From: Promethearchaeota archaeon
GTDB lineage: Archaea > Asgardarchaeota > Lokiarchaeia > Sigyniarchaeales > SOKP01
NCBI GenBank assembly: GCA_048939995.1
Contig: JBHLOY010000020.1
Coordinates: 1-26,393 of the forward strand
Direction of reading: 5' to 3'
DNA: 26,393 nt
Positions within the stretch are counted from its first letter, which is position 1. Each line of letters begins with the position of its first letter. Below are positions 18,497-26,124 of the stretch, one piece after another. A model generated the notes under the pieces. It was not told the DNA's origin. It saw nothing but the letters and a program-made list of their open reading frames with translations, and did no database searches. Both the position numbers and the translations under genes were made by a program.

Positions 18497-19729
18497 TTAA
18501 AAAGAAAAAGTTATATTTAACTTTAACTCTTCTTTTATCGTATCCTCTACTAAATTCTGGAATTCTTCTCTTTCATCTTTTAAGGAAGCTAAATATTTCA
18601 TGTAATCCTTATTTTTCCTATCCAAATCACTCTGAATATGCTCTAATTTAACAGTATTAGTGGAAATTTTATTTTTAATATCTTCAACTTCCTCAAATAA
18701 TCCTGCTGTTTTTATTTGATCTTCTAATGTTTTAATCTCTATTCTAAAATTTCTAAACTTCTCAATATCTTCATGAATTTTCTTATCATCGAATATTGTG
18801 TTGATCTGCTCGATAGTCTTTTCTTTAGTGTCGCTTTTTAAATTTAATTTATTTTCTTCCAATATATGACGCAATTGAACTAATAAATTCGTAAAATTTG
18901 GTAAATCTTTTCTTTCTTTACTTAAAATTTTTATCGGATCTTTAAGGAAGTTTTTCAAAAATTCAGTATCAAAATTTGATATGTGAAATGCTTCACTTTC
19001 TATTTCATGTTTAAGTTTTTTAAGAGCCTTTTTAAAACCTAACTGGTCGTTAATTTTAATCCTTAATTTAAATAGCTCATCTCGCTTTTCATCTAAATCT
19101 TTAAATAAATCATCTTTTTCTAGTAGCTTTAACTTTTCATTCAACTCTGATGCATAGCTTTGCTGAACCTGTAATTCTTTTTCAAATTGATCTAAATCTA
19201 ATTTTGCATGTTCAATATTCTCCCTTAGGCTAAATAGTTTAGGTAGTTTTTTTAACAAGTATTCCGCTTCCTTTAGATCCTCATATTTCTTTCTAAGGAA
19301 TTGATCTAGTACTGCTTGTTTCTTCTGTAATTTTCGGGTGATATAATTGAGTTCTTTTATTTCAGGTTGAACTTCTTTCTGAAATTTTGGTAAAGATTTT
19401 CGGGCAATCTCATTAATGTTAGTAAACAATTTCTTAATTGAATTTAATAAACTGAGTATATTATCGTAATTTAATTCCTGTTCTGGAATTTCTATCTCAT
19501 CAATTTCCTTCTTAATACGATCTGAGAAAAAGTGTAAGGATTTTAGTGCTTTCTCTTCTATCTTTCCTTGTCCTGCCTCAATAAAATGATCCATACAAAC
19601 CTTAATCTCTATTAAATTCTCCCTTATCTCAGATATAAGCTTTTGAACAGCTTTTTTAACTTTTGAAAATTGAGAGTTCAATCTATCTTTATAAAAACTT
19701 TCAAATTCTTCTAATACTATTTCTCTCAT
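18497..19729 (-). CDS. Hypothetical coiled-coil protein
   Basis: 410 aa, rich in E/K/L/I with heptad character; no Walker motif; 8 nt downstream of serS. Confidence 0.8.
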   Translation of the reverse strand: MREIVLEEFESFYKDRLNSQFSKVKKAVQKLISEIRENLIEIKVCMDHFIEAGQGKIEEKALKSLHFFSDRIKKEIDEIEIPEQELNYDNILSLLNSIKKLFTNINEIARKSLPKFQKEVQPEIKELNYITRKLQKKQAVLDQFLRKKYEDLKEAEYLLKKLPKLFSLRENIEHAKLDLDQFEKELQVQQSYASELNEKLKLLEKDDLFKDLDEKRDELFKLRIKINDQLGFKKALKKLKHEIESEAFHISNFDTEFLKNFLKDPIKILSKERKDLPNFTNLLVQLRHILEENKLNLKSDTKEKTIEQINTIFDDKKIHEDIEKFRNFRIEIKTLEDQIKTAGLFEEVEDIKNKISTNTVKLEHIQSDLDRKNKDYMKYLASLKDEREEFQNLVEDTIKEELKLNITFSF

Positions 19730-19737
19730 TTTAAATC

Positions 19738-21030
19738 TTAATTTTTTATAGATTCAATTATTTTTTTACCATTCATATATTTCTGTAAAACCTTAGGAAT
19801 TCTGATCGAATAATCTTCATTCTGATAGTTCTCTAATAGGCAACAAATTGTACGTGTCGTCGCAATTGCCGTTGAATTTAAGGTGTGGACTATTCTTTTC
19901 TCTTTTTGGCTACCGACTTTTCCCATCCTAATTTTTAGCTTACGTGCTTGGTAATCTAAGCAATTACTACAAGAAACTAATTCTCTATATGTTTGTGAGC
20001 CTGGAAACCACGCCTCAAGATCATACTTTTTAGCAGCATTATCATTTAATACACCTGAAGCTATATTTACCACTCTATAAGGAATTCCTAATTCTTTATA
20101 AAGTTCTTCTGAATTTAAAAGTAATTCTTCATGAAAATCCCATGATTCTTCAGGGTCACAAAAAATAAATTGCTCTATTTTTTCAAATTGGTGAACACGA
20201 AATATGCCTAAAGTATCTTTACCATGTGATCCTGCCTCACGTCTAAAGCATGAAGATACTCCAGCATATTTTAGGGGTAATCTTTCGGGGTCCAAAATTT
20301 CATTATAATGAAAAGCTGCTAACGTTTGTTCAGATGTAGCAATCATATATAGATCCTCATCTTGTATTTTATAAAGTTGTTCTTCGAAATCTGCCAATTC
20401 TGCTGCTGCTTTAATTACTTCATACTTTACAAAAAATGGTGTCCATAAAGGACTATACCCTTTTGAAATTAATTTTTCTAATGCGTATGTCATTAATGCA
20501 AGATTTAATGATACAATATCACCTTTTAAGTAATAAAATCTCGAACCTGCTATCTCAGCAGCCTTTATAGTGTTCACACCATCAATTCCTTCAATTAAAT
20601 CAACATGAGATAAAGGTTTAAAATTAAAATCGGGCGGTTTTCCCACTGTATGTATAATTTCATTATCCTCATCAGTTTCTCCAATTGGAACAGAACTATG
20701 CAATATATTTCCAACCAAATAACGATACTTATCGCGTTCCTCCTTAAAGTCTTTAACTTCCTTGTCCAAATTTTCTATTTGATCTTTTAACTGTTTAACT
20801 TCAAGCTTTAAATCGTTAGCTTCTGCGGTTTTTCCTTGATTCATCAGCTTTCCTATACGCGGAGATAACCTGTTTCTTTCTTGTTGTAATCTTTGAAGTT
20901 CGGTTTTTCTATTCCGCCATTTTTGATCTAATTCAAAAACTTTTTTAGCATTAGTAGGATCTTTAAACCTTAATTTCTCTGATTTAATAACTTCTTGTAA
21001 ATTTGTGCGAAATAATTCGAGATCTAGCAA
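19738..21030 (-). CDS. serS: Serine--tRNA ligase (standard type)
   Basis: N-terminal coiled-coil arm, GSRFYYL, IATSEQ, CFRREAGSHGKDTLGIFRVHQFEKIEQF, ELVSCSNCLDYQAR, HTLNST. Confidence 0.97.
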   Translation of the reverse strand: MLDLELFRTNLQEVIKSEKLRFKDPTNAKKVFELDQKWRNRKTELQRLQQERNRLSPRIGKLMNQGKTAEANDLKLEVKQLKDQIENLDKEVKDFKEERDKYRYLVGNILHSSVPIGETDEDNEIIHTVGKPPDFNFKPLSHVDLIEGIDGVNTIKAAEIAGSRFYYLKGDIVSLNLALMTYALEKLISKGYSPLWTPFFVKYEVIKAAAELADFEEQLYKIQDEDLYMIATSEQTLAAFHYNEILDPERLPLKYAGVSSCFRREAGSHGKDTLGIFRVHQFEKIEQFIFCDPEESWDFHEELLLNSEELYKELGIPYRVVNIASGVLNDNAAKKYDLEAWFPGSQTYRELVSCSNCLDYQARKLKIRMGKVGSQKEKRIVHTLNSTAIATTRTICCLLENYQNEDYSIRIPKVLQKYMNGKKIIESIKN

Positions 21031-21137
21031 TGGTTATAACACCAAATTCCCAATCATCTTACTCTTAATATTTTTATATTATTAATGATTAAAATTTTTT
21101 GAATTTCTAGCTGCTCTATATTAATATAAAAAAAACA

Positions 21138-21320
21138 CTAATCAGTAATTCTATCCATAATATTTGACTTTAAAAGCGCGGTTTTAATCTTTTTTTTATT
21201 ATAACCAACAATATCAATTAATCTCATGATTTTTATTCTTGTTGCCTTTCCTTTTATACCCTCTTCAACCATGAATTTTTTAGCAAACTCTTCTTTAAAA
21301 CTCTCCTTTGGTTCTTTCAT
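21138..21320 (-). CDS. Small basic hypothetical protein
   Basis: MKEPKESFKEEFAKKFMVEEGIKGK...; ATG 21320 preferred over TTG 21344, which adds a low-complexity leader. Confidence 0.55.
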   Translation of the reverse strand: MKEPKESFKEEFAKKFMVEEGIKGKATRIKIMRLIDIVGYNKKKIKTALLKSNIMDRITD

Positions 21321-21493
21321 ATTAAAATTAAATTTAAAATTCAATAAAAAGATTTTATAGGATATTTTTCAAGAATTAATTTTGTGTATTTTCCAGAAAA
21401 ATTATATTATCTCTAACATTCCTAAAGGCAGTAAATAATTCATTGAATTATAATAAGTACTCTTTTAGGTGGTATTAAGAAAGGGTGGATTTA

Positions 21494-23494
21494 TTGTCTG
21501 AAAAACAGACCATTGATGAAATAAGAATTGGAGTTTATATTTGTAGATGAGGAATCAATATTGGCGCATATATAGACTGTGATAAGATTAGAGATTTTGT
21601 AGCGCAAGTACCAAATGTAATTATAGCTAGAATCAATAACTTTACTTGTAGTGATCCAGGACAACAAATAATAAAGAACGATATCCTAGAATTAAACTTG
21701 AATCGTATTGTAGTAGGTGCTTGCACTCCTAAAATTCATGAACCTACTTATAGAGCCGTTTTAGCAGAAGCAGGCTTAAATCCCTACTATTTTGAGATGG
21801 TAAATTTAAGAGAACAATGTTCATTCGTCCATCAAGATGATATAGATAATGCTACTGAAAAAGCTAAGAGACTAATGCTTGCTGGTATAAATCGAGCAAG
21901 ATATTTAGAAGTTATACCCAGAAAAGAAATTCAAGTCACAAAAACCGCTTTAGTAATAGGTGCTGGAATAGCTGGAATGAATGCCGCCTTAGATTTAGCC
22001 AATCAAGGAATCCAAGTATATTTAATTGAAAAGGAACCCACAATTGGTGGAAAAATGGCTCAGTTGGATCGAATCTTCCCTACGGACGATTGTGGCATTT
22101 GAGTACTGGCTCCGATAATGGTTAATACTTCAAAACATCCTAACATAAATCTTCTAACATATAGCGAGGTCATAGAATTTGGAGGTATTAAGGGGAATTA
22201 TAAAGTCAAAATAAAAAAAAATCCCAGATATATTAATGAGAGTAAATGTACTGGATGCGGACTTTGCACTTTAAAATGCCCAATCAAAGTACCAAATGAA
22301 TTTGATCGTTATATTGGAGAAAGAGGAGCAATTTATATCCCCTTTCCTCAAGCAGTACCGAAATATGCGGTTATTGACGAAGAAATATGCATTAATTGCA
22401 AAAATTGTGAAAGAGAATGTCCGGCAGAAGCAATCAATTTTGAGCAAAAACCAAAAGTTATTGAACTTGATATTGGGGCTGTAATTCTAGCTACAGGTTG
22501 GGATGAGTACCCTATAATGGAAACAAACGAATACAAATATGGAATTTTCTCTGATATCATCACTCAAATAGAATTAGAAAGAATGCTAAGCCCTATTGGT
22601 CCTACTGAGGGTCATGTATATAGAATATCAGACGGAAGAGTACCTAGAAATATCGCTATGATTCAATGCGTCGGTTCAAGAAGTTTAAGAGGTAATCAGT
22701 ATTGTTCGGCTGTTTGTTGTAGTGTGGCATTAAAAAACGCTCAACTTTTAAAGCAGGAATACCCTGAAACTCAAACTACTATTTTTTATATTGATATTCG
22801 TACAACCGATAAAGGTAATGAAGAATACTTTAGAAAAATAAGAGAGCAGAACATTAATTTTATCAAAGGGAAACCAGGGGATATAAAACTTAATCCAGAT
22901 GGTACGATGAGACTATACTATGATAACTCGTTGCTAAATGATGTAGATTTCATGGATTTTGACTTAATAGTTTTATCCACTGGTATGGTTCCATCAAAGG
23001 GAACGCAAGAAATCATAAAAGTGATGGGTTTAACTAAGGATTCTAATGGCTTTCTTTCTGAAATACATGGTTGCTTAAAACCTCAAGAAACAAAGAATAT
23101 GGGAATATATATTTGTGGATGTGCTTCTGGGCCTAAAAATATACCCTATTCCGTCTCTACGGCATTAGCAGCTGCAAGTAAAGCAGCAACTTTACTTTCT
23201 CATGATACTATTAGTCAAGAATTAATTATCGCAGAAGTTAATGAAGCATTATGTATTGGTTGTCATCGATGCGAAAAACTTTGCGAATTTGATGCTATTA
23301 AAGTAAATGAAGCTAGCATTGCTGTTATTGACGAATTGCAATGTAAAGGATGTGGTGTATGCATTTCTTCTTGTCCAGCAAGAGCTTTAGATCTGAAATA
23401 TTATAGAGATAAGCAATTTGAAGAGAAAATAAAAGGAATAGTGATGGGTGAGACAAAAATTGCCAAAATAATTCCAACTTCTATGGAAGATTAA
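21494..23494 (+). CDS. hdrA: Heterodisulfide reductase subunit A, selenoprotein (Sec at UGA 21548-21550 and 22100-22102), 666 aa
   Basis: One continuous frame from TTG 21494 (GGTGG RBS at 21484-21488): RIGVYICR-U-GINIG (= CHCG motif), ACTP..HE, NLREQCSFVH, GAGIAG, FPTDDCGI-U-VLAPIM (= DCxxC/U), CVGSR, YCSAVCC, and ferredoxin motifs. It joins ORF-track pieces 21698-22102 and 22118-23494. Confidence 0.95.
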
Positions 23495-23514
23495 ATTTAA
23501 AGGTGATAAAATTT

Positions 23515-23940
23515 TTGAAAAATAAACAAGGACGAAGAATTATAGCTTTTGGTTGCGAAAAATGAGGTTATTCTGTAGCAGATCTAACAGGAACCACAAG
23601 AAAAACCTATTCTACTGATTTTCATATGATCAGAGTTAGATGCACAGGGAGGATTGGAATTCATTTGATTATGGAATGTTTTTTAAATGGGGCAGACGGA
23701 GTAGCCATTATATCCTGAAAAGAAGGAGAATGTGAATTTGGAAGAGGAAACCTTAATACTTATGAACATGTGAATTTTTTAAAGCGATTATTTAAACATA
23801 TTGGAATCTCAGAAGATCGAATTGAACAATATTTCTGTTCCGCAGCAGAAGTGGAGTATTTTCTTCAAGCGGTAAGAGATATAACCACTAAGATCAATGC
23901 ACTTCCTCCTCTACCTAAACTTAAATCCGAAATTGGATGA
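23515..23940 (+). CDS. vhuD: Hydrogenase iron-sulfur delta subunit MvhD/VhuD, selenoprotein (Sec at UGA 23563-23565 and 23716-23718), 141 aa
   Basis: AGGTGA RBS at 23501-23506, TTG at 23515. Translation: MKNKQGRRIIAFGCEK-U-GYSVADLTGTTRKTYSTDFHMIRVRCTGRIG...NGADGVAIIS-U-KEGECEFGRGN...IGISEDRIEQYFCSAAE...EIG*. Both UGA codons fall on conserved cluster-ligand Cys positions. Missing from the ORF track. Confidence 0.93.
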
Positions 23941-23996
23941 TCTTCCTAAATAAATTTTCGTTGGGGAGAGACAGACTCAAAGCATGAGCTTTCGGA
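23926..23996 (+). promoter_or_regulatory. Eukaryote-like SECIS element overlapping the vhuD stop codon
   Basis: AUGA at 23937-23940; UCUUCCUAA (23941-23949) pairs with UUGGGGAGA (23961-23969); unpaired AAA at 23952-23954, 11 nt after AUGA; GA at 23970-23971; lower helix UCCGAAA (23926-23932) with UUUCGGA (23990-23996). Confidence 0.85.
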
Positions 23997-24027
23997 ATCA
24001 AATATAAAATTAACAAAACATCTGAGA

Positions 24028-25512
24028 ATGGAATCTAAAGAATTGGATTCATGGGAATTTTTGAAAAATATTGCAGAAACTTTAGATTCATATAGGATTC
24101 GGGTGTTAATTGATGCTAAAAATGAAATTATAAACTCTAATGTTTATAATGAGGCCCAATATTATCAAATACTATTTGAAATGTTTGATAAAGAGAGAAT
24201 AAAATATTCTCTCTTGAATTATTTAAATAATAATAAATCTAACGATTTTGAATCACTAAAAAACTTTTCTAAGAAAAATTCAATTTCTAATAAACTAATT
24301 CTAAGTAATATAGATTTATTAAAAAATGAGGGATTAATAGAAATACAATACCCTCAAAATGATACAAATGAGGAAGGTAGAAATCAAAAGATAGAAGATT
24401 TGCTAATTAAAACTTTAAACAAAAGGCCATCAGAAGTTAAATCTATTTATGAGCCAGTAAGCGTCATTTTTAATTCTAATAATTGTTCTGGATGTGGTTT
24501 ATGCGCTGGAATCTGTCCAGTTAACTGTATAAACGTATACAATGGTTTCGGAAAAATTGAAGAAGAAAAATGTATAAAGTGTGGACTTTGCTATTACTTC
24601 TGTCCAAGGACCTATCTACCAGTAAAATTAATAAACGTGAACCAAAATGGAAATTCTAAAATCACTTTTTCCCCAAAAATTGGTTATTATCTTGAAATTT
24701 ATTCAGCAAAAACAAAAATAAAGGAAATATCTGCCATATGCCAAGACGGTGGAATTACAAGTACATGTCTTTATTTCTTATTGGATTCAAAACAGATTGA
24801 CATGGCATTAGGTGCAAAAATGAGCAAAACTCTTTGGCGTCCTGAACCAATGCTAATTAAAACAAAGGAGGATGTATTGAAGACTGCGGGGACTAAATAT
24901 GTTAATAACCCTACTCTTAGATTACTTAATGAATTGAATAAGCATCAGTCCAAAGTAGCAGTCATTGGAGTACCTTGTATGATGCAAGCATTATTGAAGT
25001 CTGAATTTTATAATGTCGCAATTCCCTCATTGTGTCAAATTATATATCGAATTGGAATTTTTTGTATGGAATCCTTTTCATATGAGTCATTATTAAAAAT
25101 TTCTCAATTATTAGATGTAAAGATTAACGATATAAAAAAGACTGATATTAATAAAGGCAAATTTTTTATCTATACGCAAGAAGGGGAACAATTATCAATC
25201 CCAGTTAAAGATATAACTCATTTAGCCAGGAAAGATTGTGAGGTATGTTATGATTTGACCTCAGAGTCTGCAGACATCTCAATTGGCTCTACTGGGGCTC
25301 CTGCAGGCTGGAATACTATAATAATTAGAACACTTAAAGGAAAACAATTATTTGATGGTTTAATAAAACAAAATCTGATAGAATATAAAAATATTAAAGA
25401 GGTTCAACCTGGATTACCCATGGTTGAGAAAATTGCTAATTCAAAAAGAAATAAATGCTTCAAACATATAAGTGAAAAATCGAAGGAAAATATACGTATC
25501 CCTAATTATTAA
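24028..25512 (+). CDS. Coenzyme F420 hydrogenase/dehydrogenase beta-subunit family (FrhB/FdhB) protein with N-terminal helical/wHTH-like and 2x[4Fe-4S] domains
   Basis: CSGCGLCAGICP, CIKCGLCYYFCP, QDGGIT, AGTKY, VIGVPC, IGIFCMESF, CEVCYDLTSESADISIGSTGAPAGWNTIIIRT. Confidence 0.9.
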   Translation: MESKELDSWEFLKNIAETLDSYRIRVLIDAKNEIINSNVYNEAQYYQILFEMFDKERIKYSLLNYLNNNKSNDFESLKNFSKKNSISNKLILSNIDLLKNEGLIEIQYPQNDTNEEGRNQKIEDLLIKTLNKRPSEVKSIYEPVSVIFNSNNCSGCGLCAGICPVNCINVYNGFGKIEEEKCIKCGLCYYFCPRTYLPVKLINVNQNGNSKITFSPKIGYYLEIYSAKTKIKEISAICQDGGITSTCLYFLLDSKQIDMALGAKMSKTLWRPEPMLIKTKEDVLKTAGTKYVNNPTLRLLNELNKHQSKVAVIGVPCMMQALLKSEFYNVAIPSLCQIIYRIGIFCMESFSYESLLKISQLLDVKINDIKKTDINKGKFFIYTQEGEQLSIPVKDITHLARKDCEVCYDLTSESADISIGSTGAPAGWNTIIIRTLKGKQLFDGLIKQNLIEYKNIKEVQPGLPMVEKIANSKRNKCFKHISEKSKENIRIPNY

Positions 25513-25626
25513 AGAAAAATACTAGTTAAAATTCACTTAAAAACTCCTTTCTACTATTCTAAACCAAAAAATTAATATTAAATTTCACATTAAAGACTAT
25601 ATCATAAATTGAGATTATAAAATAAA

Positions 25627-26115
25627 ATGAGTTCTATATCTCCAGTACGACCAAAAAATTTCCGTGAAAAAGTATTTTTCAGAAATTTAAGAGCCCAAGT
25701 AGATGGAAATGCAAAAGTTGAACATGGTTTGACTCAAATAAAGGGTGTAGGAAAGAGATTAGCCCAAGCCATAATAATGGTCACTGAAATCAACCCAGAA
25801 ATACGAATAGGAGCTCTTTCAGAAAAGGATATACTTAGACTTGAAGAAATTATATTAAATCCTATTGAGAATGGGATTCCTTCTTGGATGGTAAATCGAA
25901 AGAAAGATTTACGAACAGGCAAAGATATCCATCTCATTAGCAACAAACTAGAATTAGAAATCAAACGAGACATTGATAGAATGAAAAAGATGAAAAGCTA
26001 TAAGGGAGTACGACATCACTTAGGATTAAAAGTAAGAGGCCAAAGAACTAAAAGCACTGGAAGACATGGATTAGTAGTTGGTGTGCTACGTAAAAAACAA
26101 AAACTAAAAAAATAG
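25627..26115 (+). CDS. rps13: 30S ribosomal protein S13 (uS13, archaeal type)
   Basis: GLTQIKGVG, IPSWMVNRKKD..TGKD.HL, SYKGVRHHLGLKVRGQRTKSTGR. Confidence 0.97.
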   Translation: MSSISPVRPKNFREKVFFRNLRAQVDGNAKVEHGLTQIKGVGKRLAQAIIMVTEINPEIRIGALSEKDILRLEEIILNPIENGIPSWMVNRKKDLRTGKDIHLISNKLELEIKRDIDRMKKMKSYKGVRHHLGLKVRGQRTKSTGRHGLVVGVLRKKQKLKK

Positions 26116-26124
26116 GGTGATTTG

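Noticed and set aside
18497-19729. SMC/Rad50 ATPase call for the coiled-coil protein
   Set aside because: No Walker A/B, signature or zinc-hook motif
22103-22128. Weak hairpin right after the second hdrA UGA as a bacterial-type SECIS
   Set aside because: The pairing relies on several G-U pairs and a mismatch, and I saw no equivalent after the other three UGAs
23441-23494. GUGA...AAAA stretch at the hdrA 3' end as a second SECIS
   Set aside because: No convincing helix and no correctly placed 3' GA
21494-23940. hdrA and vhuD as pseudogenes with nonsense mutations, or hdrA as two separate genes
   Set aside because: All four interruptions are TGA at conserved Cys positions, there are no frameshifts or other stop types, and a SECIS follows
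21535-25973. ORFs 21535-21726, 22296-22484, 22348-22563, 25734-25973
   Set aside because: Antisense or alternate-frame shadows inside hdrA and rps13
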